Origin: Minisyncoccota bacterium
Lineage (GTDB): Bacteria > Patescibacteriota > Minisyncoccia > 2-02-FULL-40-12 > GWA2-44-9
NCBI GenBank assembly: GCA_017992005.1
Contig: JAGOPO010000002.1
Location: 1,611-65,610 of the forward strand
DNA length: 64,000 nucleotides
Direction: 5' to 3'
The notes under the pieces were generated by a model, which was not told the DNA's origin, ran no database searches, and worked only from the letters and a program-made list of their open reading frames with translations. Shown in pieces: positions 9,040 to 18,715 of the stretch (positions are counted from its first letter, which is position 1; every line of letters begins with the position of its first letter). The position numbers and the translations under genes were made by a program.

Positions 9040-10182
9040 TTAGAGCACTGATGTGAGCACCTCCAATGTTGATTGCGCAGCATTCTCCCAGCGGTGAGCG
9101 TGTGCGCGTTGCGCCCCACGAAGCACGCATCTTGCTCGCAGCGACGAATCACTCTGCAATGCGATAATTGCAGCTGTAATGTCGTTGACACGATAAGGAT
9201 TCACCAGGATGGCAGCATCTCCCAGCGTCTCAAAGAGTGACGAGGTGGCGCTCGCAATCACCGGCGTTCCACACGCCATTGCCTCAAGAGGTGGAAACCC
9301 AAAGCCTTCCATGAGTGACGGGTATGCCAGTATAGATGCGGCGGAGAGCATTGCTGCATGCTCCTCTGCGACAATATCCTCAATGACATGGATAGCATGT
9401 GGGCTCTGTGTTGCTTGTATAGCTGCTGTGAGCTCGGATTCCATCCATCCCGCATGACCAGCAAGCACGAGCTGCATATCCTGGCAGGATGGATGCCGCC
9501 GAGCAACATCCCATGCGCGCACCAAAGCGGGTAAATTCTTACGAGGCTCTCGCGTGCCGAGCGCTAGTATAAACGGATCCGATACGCCATATTTTGCGCG
9601 CCACACAGCCTGACTCTCATTCGATGCTGGCTTCAATTCAGATGCAACACCTGATGGGACGACTGCGATTTTTTCAGGACGCACCCCATAGACACGACTG
9701 AGATCACCCGCGGTTGCCGACGATACAGCGATAATACGATCTGAGATTGCTGCCTGTCGACGTGGCTGCATGTACACATCGTGCCACCAGGTGCGATACG
9801 CAGAGAGTAGGTATGGCATCCGTTCATACGAAAGATCATGCCATGTCGTAACGCGCCTACAATTCGACGAAAGCGCACCAAGCAAGAAATGCGGGAAGAA
9901 AAAAACATCAGCACCGCCGATGACGCGGTCCAGAAATGGGCGCTGCAGCAATCTCGAGGTCATTGCTAGCATACGATTTGATGAGCGCGTTTCAAACATT
10001 TGCACACGTGGATTTCCGGACCACGATCGAGGACCAATCAAGGTTCGTCCGCTTGAAAAAAGCCTCCACTGTATGCGCGAATCAAGTGGTATCATATGAG
10101 AAAGAATCCCTTCAGCATACCGCTCAATACCACTCATGTGCCCCGTTGCAAGCACCCGAATATCAACGGCGATTGTTGTCAT
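9040..10182 (-). CDS. GT4-family glycosyltransferase
   Basis: 380 aa. C-terminal EGFGFPPLEAMACGTPVIAS motif typical of GT-B/GT4 retaining glycosyltransferases. Confidence 0.8.
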   Translation of the reverse strand: MTTIAVDIRVLATGHMSGIERYAEGILSHMIPLDSRIQWRLFSSGRTLIGPRSWSGNPRVQMFETRSSNRMLAMTSRLLQRPFLDRVIGGADVFFFPHFLLGALSSNCRRVTTWHDLSYERMPYLLSAYRTWWHDVYMQPRRQAAISDRIIAVSSATAGDLSRVYGVRPEKIAVVPSGVASELKPASNESQAVWRAKYGVSDPFILALGTREPRKNLPALVRAWDVARRHPSCQDMQLVLAGHAGWMESELTAAIQATQSPHAIHVIEDIVAEEHAAMLSAASILAYPSLMEGFGFPPLEAMACGTPVIASATSSLFETLGDAAILVNPYRVNDITAAIIALQSDSSLRARCVLRGAQRAHAHRWENAAQSTLEVLTSVL

Positions 10183-11261
10183 ATCGTAATACCCAAGACT
10201 GCCTCCATTTTCTTTTTGAATAGCGGGATGTCAAATCGCTCCGCTTGTCCACGACACATCGTAGGCAGCCATTTCATACGACTTGATCGATCCACAGCAT
10301 CAAGTAATGCCTCTTCCGTTTGCTCGTAGAAAAATATCCCCGTTATACGGTCAATCACCGTCTCTAGCGCACCTCCGCCATGATATGCAATTACTGGTCG
10401 ACCAGAGGCCATAGCCTCCAATGGGACGATGCCGAAATCCTCCTCTTGCGGAAAGAGGACTGCCTGAGCTCCTTGGTAGTATCGCGCCAACTGTGCATCG
10501 GTAACTGAGCCAATGAACTCAATATTGCTTTTTGCCATGCCCCGTAGCCGCTCCTCTTCAATTCCCGTACCAATGATCTTCAATGGCCAGCCCAATCGAT
10601 TAAAAACGCGAATCGCCAAATCAAAATTCTTGTAGGCAACCAATCGCCCTACGATAAGCCAATACTTCCCAACCTCCTGACTCACGGAGAATTTTGCAAC
10701 GTTTACAGGCGGGTGCACCACAACAGCATCTTTGTTGTAATATTTTTGAATACGTCGGCGTACAAATTCAGATATCGCAATCCATTCGTCGACTCGCTGT
10801 GCCGCTTGGTGATCCCACATTCGCATATACGACAACCCAAGTGGAGCAAGTCTGCGCACGGGCAATGGGTAGCGAAACCGCTCAAGGAAGCGATGGCTAT
10901 CGTCCCACAGAAATCGTGGTGGCGTTAAACAGTAGCACACATGACGAGTGTCGGGTGAGGTAATAACACCTTTTGCAAATGAGGCCGAAACGGAAATCAC
11001 CGTGTCAAATGCATCAGTAGAAAATTGCTCAACCGCAATCGGCATCAATGGAGAATAGAGATGGTGATATCGATTCGCAAATGGCAACGACTGCAAGAAA
11101 GAGGTTCGAATCGTTTTCCCATCGAACACTCGCCCAGTCCGCTCACGATCATACAGCGTAGTATAGATCGGCGCGTCAGGGATCATCGAACTCAACACCT
11201 GCAGTACACGCTCGGCGCCTCCATACTGATTCAGATATTCGTGAATAAATGCAGCTTTCAT
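10179..11261 (-). CDS. GT4-family glycosyltransferase
   Basis: 360 aa. EDFGIVPLEAMASGRPVIAY motif. Overlaps the downstream gene by 4 nt. Confidence 0.8.
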   Translation of the reverse strand: MKAAFIHEYLNQYGGAERVLQVLSSMIPDAPIYTTLYDRERTGRVFDGKTIRTSFLQSLPFANRYHHLYSPLMPIAVEQFSTDAFDTVISVSASFAKGVITSPDTRHVCYCLTPPRFLWDDSHRFLERFRYPLPVRRLAPLGLSYMRMWDHQAAQRVDEWIAISEFVRRRIQKYYNKDAVVVHPPVNVAKFSVSQEVGKYWLIVGRLVAYKNFDLAIRVFNRLGWPLKIIGTGIEEERLRGMAKSNIEFIGSVTDAQLARYYQGAQAVLFPQEEDFGIVPLEAMASGRPVIAYHGGGALETVIDRITGIFFYEQTEEALLDAVDRSSRMKWLPTMCRGQAERFDIPLFKKKMEAVLGITI

Positions 11262-11272
11262 GTAGTGAGCTA

Positions 11273-12676
11273 TTATACCGCAGTGCGATCTGTGAGGAGC
11301 TTCAACGCCGTCCGTACCAAAATGCGCACATCAGTTGCCAGAGTCCAATTTTCGATATAGAAGGTGTCGAGCTGAACCTCTTCCTCAAAAGGCAAACTGC
11401 TCGATCCACTCACCTGCGCAAGTCCTGTGACGCCAGCTTTAATGTCTAGCACGCGCCGATGATGCTTCTGGTATCGCGCGATTTCGTCGGGCTGATGAGG
11501 ACGCGGACCAACGAGACTCATATCTCCACGAAGTACGTTCAGTAATTGTGGTAGCTCATCGAGTCGCGTGCGTCGCAGAATACGCCCGACTCGAGTCACG
11601 CGTGGATCATCACGCATCTTAAAGAGTGGTCCGTCAGATCGCTCATTGTACTGAGCGAGCATCGGCTTAAGTTCTTCAGCGTTTTCAATCATGCTACGGA
11701 ACTTGTACAAGCCGAATGTTCTGCCACGGGAAACGCGATTCAACCGCACGAATAACGGTCCCGCGGTTTCCCATTTTATACAAAATCCAATCGCCAACAT
11801 CGGAATGGCAAGTATTAGTAGCGCAAAAAGACTCCCCACCCTATCGAGTATCGCCTTAAATACACGCCCCCAACCCTCAAGAGCAGTGCGGCGCAATTGC
11901 ACCAGAGGGATTCGTCCAATTGCATCTACATCGTAATGCGTCGTCAGCGTTTGATAGATATTGGGAACAAACTTAAATGAAACATGATGTTCATGACAAA
12001 ATTCAACGAGCTCCACAATTCCTTGTGCGGGGTAATCCGGGGTCGCCAGTATTACTTCATCGATGCCACCCTGACTCACCAAACGTGAGACCGCTTCCAT
12101 GTCGGGGTGCTGCAACTCCGCCTCAATACGATACCCAAGTCCACGATCAGCACGAAGTGCTTCTGACAATTGCTGCGTAACGGCATCATTTCCTATAAGA
12201 AGCAGTCGCCGCACGGCTACTCCATATCGCGCAGTAGCATAACGAATCAACGAGTGCATCGTAATACGTCCAACGACAACGCATGTCATTGCAATAATCC
12301 AGTATCCCAACACCAAAAAACGAGAATTAAACGCCTCTGCTCGAAGAAATATCGTCAGAATGACACCCATCATCGCAGCGCTTGAAGCCACAAGACTACG
12401 CGCAACCTCCTGTGCCAACGACATCCGTTGCTTCATAGAATAGAGACCACTCACTGCATAGACAAGCACAAACCACAAAGAGACCCCGACTATGAGCAGC
12501 ATAAAACGACTCAACGGAAGCTCAGGCGCAAACTGCACCGGGCGCCATGAATCGAGAATATTCGTACGGATAATATACGTAGCGATACCCGCGCCAATGA
12601 GAGCGCAAAAATCTAACGGCACACGCAATACTGTATAGATCATAGTGGTGCCTTTCATCGGCTCTGGGTATACCAC
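11273..12676 (-). CDS. polyprenyl-phosphate sugar phosphotransferase (WbaP / bacterial sugar transferase family)
   Basis: 467 aa. N-terminal TM helices, central Rossmann-like region, and a C-terminal Bac_transf-like region with [26 protein letters not shown] and GLAQVSG. Confidence 0.8.
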   Translation of the reverse strand: MVYPEPMKGTTMIYTVLRVPLDFCALIGAGIATYIIRTNILDSWRPVQFAPELPLSRFMLLIVGVSLWFVLVYAVSGLYSMKQRMSLAQEVARSLVASSAAMMGVILTIFLRAEAFNSRFLVLGYWIIAMTCVVVGRITMHSLIRYATARYGVAVRRLLLIGNDAVTQQLSEALRADRGLGYRIEAELQHPDMEAVSRLVSQGGIDEVILATPDYPAQGIVELVEFCHEHHVSFKFVPNIYQTLTTHYDVDAIGRIPLVQLRRTALEGWGRVFKAILDRVGSLFALLILAIPMLAIGFCIKWETAGPLFVRLNRVSRGRTFGLYKFRSMIENAEELKPMLAQYNERSDGPLFKMRDDPRVTRVGRILRRTRLDELPQLLNVLRGDMSLVGPRPHQPDEIARYQKHHRRVLDIKAGVTGLAQVSGSSSLPFEEEVQLDTFYIENWTLATDVRILVRTALKLLTDRTAV

Positions 12677-12689
12677 AAAAATCGCGCCT

Positions 12690-12722
12690 CCTCAAACGCA
12701 AAACCGCCCTTGCGGGCGGCTT
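12690..12722 (-). terminator. Rho-independent terminator downstream of rnpB
   Basis: Minus-strand stem gccgccc-gcaa-gggcggt followed by UUUUGCGUUU. Confidence 0.6.
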
Positions 12723-12723
12723 T

Positions 12724-13118
12724 GGCAGATGCATACGATAAGCCGAGTTCTGTGTCTGCACGCCTCACGACGCATAGATGACTATCATTTATCTGCGATG
12801 AGTGTTGCCACCCACCTGTAGCGTACGAACTTTTCGAACATCAGGTTGCCCCAATGAACGCTGTACTTGCACCCGAGTAAGGATTTAGCCGTTTCACTCA
12901 CGGTTTTGAGCCCACAACCGTGACTAAGCTCGGTCCATGATAAATCAAGGACGCTGGGTTCGCTTTCCAATTCTTTTCAAAATTGGACGTCTCTGCTCGC
13001 ACCTCTTGGCTTGCGCCATGCGGGCGTTACCCGCTACCCGTCTCTACCTTTCGGTAGGAGTGCTCGGACTTTCCTCACCATGATTGCTCATAGCGCGATA
13101 GCCTGTATGCACCTACAG
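12724..13118 (-). ncRNA. rnpB: RNase P RNA (bacterial type A-like)
   Basis: Minus-strand sequence contains the P4 5' strand GAGGAAAGUCCGAGCAC (13072-13086) and the P4 3' strand ACAGAACUCGGCUUAUCG (12738-12754). The CCGAG/CUCGG pairing is compensatory relative to the consensus. P1 closes AGGUGCAUAC with GUAUGCAUCU. About 395 nt, with a terminator hairpin immediately 3'. Confidence 0.85.
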
Positions 13119-13147
13119 ACTTATTATAGCACGTTTTTAGTGTTCTT

Positions 13148-13495
13148 TCAAACGCCTTCCTCTTCAGCGTTTTGAAGGTCTTCCTGCAGAACAGCGCCTT
13201 CCATGGCACCCGCTACTGCGTCGTCTACCATCGCCATCGCGGTGGCGTCTTGCTTCTTTTCAAGTGCACGCCACTCTGCTTGATGCTGACGCACCAGGTC
13301 GTCGAGATTCGTCTCAAGCGTTGAAAGCTCTTTTCCTTGCTCGGTAAGAAATTCCATCAACTTGACCATATGATGCATTGGCATCTGGTCTAGATTCTCT
13401 AGGATACTACTCTTGAGAGCTTCGTCGATTGGAGAAGCAATGAGTAATTCAGCGAGACGCTCGGCTATTTTTTCCTGTCCGATAGTTAGGTCCAT
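13148..13495 (-). CDS. hypothetical acidic helical protein (115 aa)
   Basis: ORF track. 10-nt gap from the upstream 953-aa gene. No recognisable motif. Confidence 0.5.
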   Translation of the reverse strand: MDLTIGQEKIAERLAELLIASPIDEALKSSILENLDQMPMHHMVKLMEFLTEQGKELSTLETNLDDLVRQHQAEWRALEKKQDATAMAMVDDAVAGAMEGAVLQEDLQNAEEEGV

Positions 13496-13505
13496 AGTGA
13501 GAAAT

Positions 13506-16367
13506 TTAAGGCATCATGACACCAATCGCGCGCATAACATCCGGAGCAAACTTTAATCCAAAACCTTCAGGAAGCGCGTGTGAACTTATCGCGTTTGCAA
13601 CACTTGATGTCCACGCAGGTTCGTACAAATTATTATCCGTGAGCACCTTCTTGGAGAGCTCAATAAGCTGTGGCTCGCTTAATTGCACGCCGTGACTGGC
13701 AGCTTGCTGCTTGAGCGTCGTCCAAACACTTCCATGCATCTTAATACGCAAGGCTTCTGCAGCCGCGACCGGATCTGCTGGGGCTCCCACCATCAACTTG
13801 CTGGTAGAGAGTAAATACGTCCCAGCTCCCACAATCGCAAGCGCTTCGAGTGCTCCCAACCCATAGCGTGCTTTCCAATACGGATCGAATGTCCGACGCA
13901 CCACCGAAACATGATTTTCAAGTTGATTTGAAAACACTGCTTCTTGCTGCTGCTGCAATGCCGCCCGAATGCGCGCTTCCACATCGGCTCGACGCTCAGC
14001 AGACGTTGCCCCACTCATGGTGGTCCGCGCTTTGCCCATTTTTTCATCGTATGCGGCCATCGCCTTCTGAACGGTCGCCTCAATATGGCGATCATTATTT
14101 TCGCGGAATGGACGAAGTTCTATCTCTGCTCGTGTAAGCGCATCGCCAAGCTGCTCTGGAGTGGCACCGTCCTTCGCATACTTACGAGCAAGGATCTCTC
14201 GCATTTCAAGAAGTTTCGCCTCGGTATAGATACCCACTGACCCTTGTCGCATCGCCTCGGCAACAGCCTTACTTCCCCGGCGTACACGCTCACCTTGAAC
14301 TACTTCATAAACGCCCAGCGTAGAAACACCCTTGATACGCTCCCATAGAAAACCTCGTGGACCTTTTGTGGCCTTCCATCCCGCTTCTGCACGCTTTTTA
14401 CCTGCGTCATACAGTTCCGAAGTTTTCTTCTTTAAACGTCCGAACCACGTCGGAGGTCGATTGAGTTCCTGCTGTTGCTGCACAAGCGCTTCGAGATCTT
14501 CGCTCACGCGTGCCGTCTCTAACGGTCGCCCAATAGCACGTGCCTTTTCGGCTGATAGCTGCGTAATGCGCTGCTCGAGTAACTTCGATAGACGAGCCTT
14601 CGCTTCATTCATATCGAAATACACCTTGCCGACATTGCGGTCGACTTCACGTTTTGCAAGCTCGATCTCCTGATCGAGCGTAGGAGCGACATCAGCTCTC
14701 CCTTCGCGCGCCGCCACCAAAACCGCAGCTGTCTTTTCTTGTACTGCTTTCTCCGCAGCTTTCTTTTGAGCCTCCGAAGCTGTCGGGTTTGCAGCAACCT
14801 CTTCAAGTGTCTGCACACTTGTATTGAGCTCTTCTTTCGGCGAAAGCTTCTCCGTGTCTACAACCTCAATCTCGCTGGAGACGCCTGGTGGGATTTCTCG
14901 ACTTCTATTCTCATTGAGTGCTTCTGTGTAGGCAGCATCAAGCAGTCTATCTTTATTTTTCTCATAGTCTATTTTAGCCTCCTCAAATCTCGAATCCAGA
15001 TCATCGTACACTTTTTGATATTCTCCTTGGAGAAATGCTCCCTCATCAGTTGAAACCTCCTCCAATGAAGCCTCGATTTCACCTACAAGAGCATCGAATT
15101 TCTTTACAGTCCTTTCTGATGCTTCTTTCAATTCTAGCGGAAAAGCTCCCGGCAGAGGGACTCTGTCGGGGTTACGCAGAAGCTCAAGGTATTGAGATAC
15201 AACCTCCGTGTCCGTCCTCGCAACCTCTCGCAACTTTTGAATTTTACGAAGAGCCTCTTTACCTTCTGGTGATAGCTCGCGCTCTACATTGTTCTGGCTT
15301 TCTTCACGCTCTCCTTGAGCGTCCGCACTCTCACGCGATGAGGCGGTAGCATCTTTAGCCGTATCAGCTGGTCGTTCGCGCTCACTCATCGCAGGGTCCG
15401 TATCGAGAACAGACTCAATGGGATTTTTATCATCCGTCTTCTCAATACCCCGTGGTGGCTGCGATGGATATCCAAGACCCGTACGAATCTCGGCACGCAG
15501 CTCTTCATTGTTCATCGAATCAATGGGGCGCTTTGACTCAGTGGGGTTCACTGGTGTCGGCTCTGGTGCTTTGGCTGTGGCTGGTGCTGATTTTCGAATA
15601 TACTCCTCATATTGAGCGGCTGCCTTATTCCACGCATCTGCCCCTTTGTCATCTCCACTCTTGCGCAACTCGGCTTGTCTAACACGGATTGCGTCTAGAC
15701 GATCTTGCACAGTCGCATTTTCCGGCAACCGAAGCTCCGCTTCTTTTTGTGCCCCTGCTGCGTTTTTTGCCTCAGCAGCTTTTTGCATCGCGGCTCGTTC
15801 CTCACCGATCAATTTTTCATTTTCAGAAAGCATTCGTTCATATGATGTCGAATCGTATTGGCCCTTCTTACCAAGAATTTCCTTTCGTTGTGCCTCTAAT
15901 TTTTCCAATTTCGTTTGAGGGGCTTTCTTTGTCTCGCTCTTCACTCGTGGTGACGTAGGAGCAGGAGCCTCATTAGGTGGAGCTACTGTGCTCACTCTCG
16001 GAGTGTTCGGTATAGGGCGAATATTTAAAGTAGGCTTCTGTCCAGCACTTCCTTGAGCGCGGACTTGAGAATCGGTTATATCAATCTCCTGGCCTAACTG
16101 CGCCAAGTCAGGATGTGCCTGTTCTTTATCTTTCTGTCGGACAGCCTGAACTTCATTTGCCGCTTGTTCTGCAGCCTGCTGAGGGGTTAATTCAGGAGAA
16201 GAAACAGGAATCTCAGGAGAAGCTCCTTTCTTAATTTCTTGCAAGCCAGCAGCGAGGTCGTCATTAAACGGCGCAGGGTCCGTTGAGGATGCGAGCGAAG
16301 CAACCGGTCGAGCCGCCCGATAGGGTGGCGTCGGAATCGTCAATTCATCGAGAGAGTATTTTTTCAT
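13506..16367 (-). CDS. hypothetical giant protein (953 aa), low-complexity Pro/Ala/Glu-rich N-terminus, extensive predicted coiled coil, hydrophobic segment near C-terminus
   Basis: Uninterrupted 2.86-kb ORF. Its start overlaps the stop of the upstream ORF by 4 nt (ATGA). Composition is strongly biased to E/K/A/Q. No enzymatic motif seen. Confidence 0.7.
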   Translation of the reverse strand: MKKYSLDELTIPTPPYRAARPVASLASSTDPAPFNDDLAAGLQEIKKGASPEIPVSSPELTPQQAAEQAANEVQAVRQKDKEQAHPDLAQLGQEIDITDSQVRAQGSAGQKPTLNIRPIPNTPRVSTVAPPNEAPAPTSPRVKSETKKAPQTKLEKLEAQRKEILGKKGQYDSTSYERMLSENEKLIGEERAAMQKAAEAKNAAGAQKEAELRLPENATVQDRLDAIRVRQAELRKSGDDKGADAWNKAAAQYEEYIRKSAPATAKAPEPTPVNPTESKRPIDSMNNEELRAEIRTGLGYPSQPPRGIEKTDDKNPIESVLDTDPAMSERERPADTAKDATASSRESADAQGEREESQNNVERELSPEGKEALRKIQKLREVARTDTEVVSQYLELLRNPDRVPLPGAFPLELKEASERTVKKFDALVGEIEASLEEVSTDEGAFLQGEYQKVYDDLDSRFEEAKIDYEKNKDRLLDAAYTEALNENRSREIPPGVSSEIEVVDTEKLSPKEELNTSVQTLEEVAANPTASEAQKKAAEKAVQEKTAAVLVAAREGRADVAPTLDQEIELAKREVDRNVGKVYFDMNEAKARLSKLLEQRITQLSAEKARAIGRPLETARVSEDLEALVQQQQELNRPPTWFGRLKKKTSELYDAGKKRAEAGWKATKGPRGFLWERIKGVSTLGVYEVVQGERVRRGSKAVAEAMRQGSVGIYTEAKLLEMREILARKYAKDGATPEQLGDALTRAEIELRPFRENNDRHIEATVQKAMAAYDEKMGKARTTMSGATSAERRADVEARIRAALQQQQEAVFSNQLENHVSVVRRTFDPYWKARYGLGALEALAIVGAGTYLLSTSKLMVGAPADPVAAAEALRIKMHGSVWTTLKQQAASHGVQLSEPQLIELSKKVLTDNNLYEPAWTSSVANAISSHALPEGFGLKFAPDVMRAIGVMMP

Positions 16368-17014
16368 AGCGTGGGCGTTGGTGCATCGATCGATGCTTTT
16401 AATTCTTCAATTCGCTGTCTACGCTGTTGCTCGTCCGCTTCGCTCATCGATTTTTCAATTTCCGCTAATTTTGCCACGTAGAGCGATTTGAGCGTGCGAA
16501 GCTTCTCGATAAGCTCTTCGATCGATAACGCCTCAAGTGGAGGTGCCTGCTCACTATCAGGCGTAAGTCCTTCAATAATCTCATCTGCGTTGTAGTGCGC
16601 GAGCATCGAATCGATGACCCTTACACGTTCCAGGTGTTCTTGCTCTTGCTGCGCAAATTCCTTTTTGTATTCATCCTCCATTGCGCTACCCGCTACCACG
16701 CTAGCGCGTTGATGAATATTATTGTCTTCTACAATCTTAAAACCTGCTAATTCTGCCGCGCGCCATTGTGGTATCAACGGAAATAGACGAGAGGCATTCT
16801 CGCAAAGTTTCCGAATCAAGCCTTCGTTTTTTGCATCAATAGCTGCGACTAATTCGTTATCGATTGCATCAAATTGCTGTTTATAAAAAAGAGCGGGATG
16901 CGCTATTTCCTGCTGTTCATTCTCCTGCACAACGGCATCGAGCTGCGCCAGAACACTCTCGCTGGCCGCGAGTGCGTCGCTATTGGGATCTTGAGACTTC
17001 GGATCAATTGCCAT
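16364..17014 (-). CDS. hypothetical acidic coiled-coil protein (216 aa)
   Basis: ORF track. Translationally coupled to the 953-aa ORF. Confidence 0.6.
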   Translation of the reverse strand: MAIDPKSQDPNSDALAASESVLAQLDAVVQENEQQEIAHPALFYKQQFDAIDNELVAAIDAKNEGLIRKLCENASRLFPLIPQWRAAELAGFKIVEDNNIHQRASVVAGSAMEDEYKKEFAQQEQEHLERVRVIDSMLAHYNADEIIEGLTPDSEQAPPLEALSIEELIEKLRTLKSLYVAKLAEIEKSMSEADEQQRRQRIEELKASIDAPTPTL

Positions 17015-17073
17015 TGCCCCAAGTATACGCCGCCCCCATCAAAGTGCGAGCAAAAAATGTTGACAACAATTGC

Positions 17074-18210
17074 TTACCCTCTCCGAAGTAGCTTGCTGAC
17101 GTTCGTAAAAAACCCCGCATCGCTTCCGTGCGTGGGAGAAGGAGAAACCCTTTTACTCATACTCACGAGCGATGCGTGTGCAATCGACGGCGCATGCTCG
17201 GTGGCATGCGAAATAACATGAGATATCTCTGCACGCTCTACCAGCGATGATAATTGGGCAATTTGCTTGCGCATCGTTATGCGTTGATCGACGCTTAATC
17301 GATGTTGGACGTCGACATATTTTGAAATTGCGCGCTGATGCGCATGGGCTACATCTGAAAATGACACACTGACTCCATCTGCGTTACCTCCACTACTGAT
17401 CTTCGGGAGAGGCTGCTGTGGTCGCAAGAGTGCAGTGGCACGAGCCAGCAACTCCTCTCGTTCATCGCTGGTTAACCCACGCTTAGCAGCAACAGCTCGT
17501 GCGAATCGATCGTAGGCTTCTTTCTTTTCTGTCCATGCAGCCACAAGTCCACCGCGAAGGTCACCTCTCGAACGCGGATTCGTCCGAATAAGATCATAAG
17601 CCTGTATGAATGGTATCAGTCCTCGCTCAAACTTTCGCCAAAGCTGATCTAATCGCTCAAGCGGCCGCAACTCGTGCAGCGGAGCCAACTGTTGGCGCAC
17701 ATACTCAACCGCTTCTTTGAATTGCCGACTCTCGGTATTCACCCCCCTCGCGTGCTCAAGAAGCGAGTCCTGTATTTCCGCATACAAACGCTCTCGCTGA
17801 TCAGATATAACTCGATACTCGTCGACGCTCAAGATACCGTCTCGAAATTCGACTTCTTTATGCCGAAGAAACTTTGCTTCGGCCTCAACGCGACGATGCA
17901 TGCGCTCCGTAAAATGAACAAAATCTGCCAAGGCCTCCCCCTCGCGCTTATGAGCGATCGCATCGCTTGGCGCTTCCCGTCGCATGGTGTCTGTCGTATT
18001 CTCCAAAACGCGTTGCAGTTCGACAATTTTCTCTCCAATCGCTCCTCCGCCCTCGATGACTCCGCTCTGAACATCTGCGAGGAGCGCCTCGAGACTACGC
18101 CGCGCCTCATCAATGCGTTGGCGCGCCCCTCGCTCGCGCGCCGCTACCGTCCGCATCTCGTCGGGTGATAGGAGTGGAGCTATGCGTCGCGGATCTTTCT
18201 CAGATGGCAT
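17074..18210 (-). CDS. hypothetical coiled-coil protein (about 379 aa)
   Basis: ORF-track ORF 17074..18378 overlaps rnhA by 125 nt. The internal start MPSEKDPRR at 18210 is preceded by an AGAGG Shine-Dalgarno sequence and avoids the overlap. Confidence 0.6.
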   Translation of the reverse strand: MPSEKDPRRIAPLLSPDEMRTVAARERGARQRIDEARRSLEALLADVQSGVIEGGGAIGEKIVELQRVLENTTDTMRREAPSDAIAHKREGEALADFVHFTERMHRRVEAEAKFLRHKEVEFRDGILSVDEYRVISDQRERLYAEIQDSLLEHARGVNTESRQFKEAVEYVRQQLAPLHELRPLERLDQLWRKFERGLIPFIQAYDLIRTNPRSRGDLRGGLVAAWTEKKEAYDRFARAVAAKRGLTSDEREELLARATALLRPQQPLPKISSGGNADGVSVSFSDVAHAHQRAISKYVDVQHRLSVDQRITMRKQIAQLSSLVERAEISHVISHATEHAPSIAHASLVSMSKRVSPSPTHGSDAGFFTNVSKLLRRG

Positions 18211-18253
18211 CGTGCCTCTAGTATACGCCAGACGCGCGGCATTCCCTACTGGA

Positions 18254-18691
18254 TTACTCCACAGAAGACTCTTGCTGATCAAGCGCTTCGTTGACCATTC
18301 GATCCGCCTCCACATTGTGCTCTCTTCGCACATGATGAAACGTAACGGAGTGGAATGCCCGTTGCGATGACTGTACATTCAAAAAAAGCTCCTTGAGTGC
18401 CGCGTCTTTTACCTTATAGATACCCTGCATCTGTCGAACCACGAGCTCGCTATCTGACTTTACATCAATGTGCGCCTCGCTGGATCGATCTGCACCAAGA
18501 AGTGACTTGAGATGCTGCAGCGCAAGAATCACCGCAGTATATTCTGCGACGTTGTTTGTTTGCACGCCCAGAAATACACCCTGATGCACCGGCTTGATAT
18601 CGTGACCCTCAATTATATACCCAGAAGCTGCAGGCCCTGGATTACCCCGAGAACCGCCGTCGGTGTGAATGGTATAGGTTGGTTGCGTCAT
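18254..18691 (-). CDS. rnhA: ribonuclease HI
   Basis: 145 aa. TDGGSRGNPGPAASGY, NNVAEYTAVILAL and HVRREHNVEADRMVNEAL are typical RNase H motifs. Confidence 0.85.
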   Translation of the reverse strand: MTQPTYTIHTDGGSRGNPGPAASGYIIEGHDIKPVHQGVFLGVQTNNVAEYTAVILALQHLKSLLGADRSSEAHIDVKSDSELVVRQMQGIYKVKDAALKELFLNVQSSQRAFHSVTFHHVRREHNVEADRMVNEALDQQESSVE

Positions 18692-18715
18692 AAAAGTCGT
18701 TGACTACCTCGCTTC

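Noticed and set aside
12522-12970. ORF-track ORFs 12785..12970 and 12522..12761
   Set aside because: They lie entirely within the RNase P RNA identified from its P4 and P1 motifs, so they are spurious reading frames.
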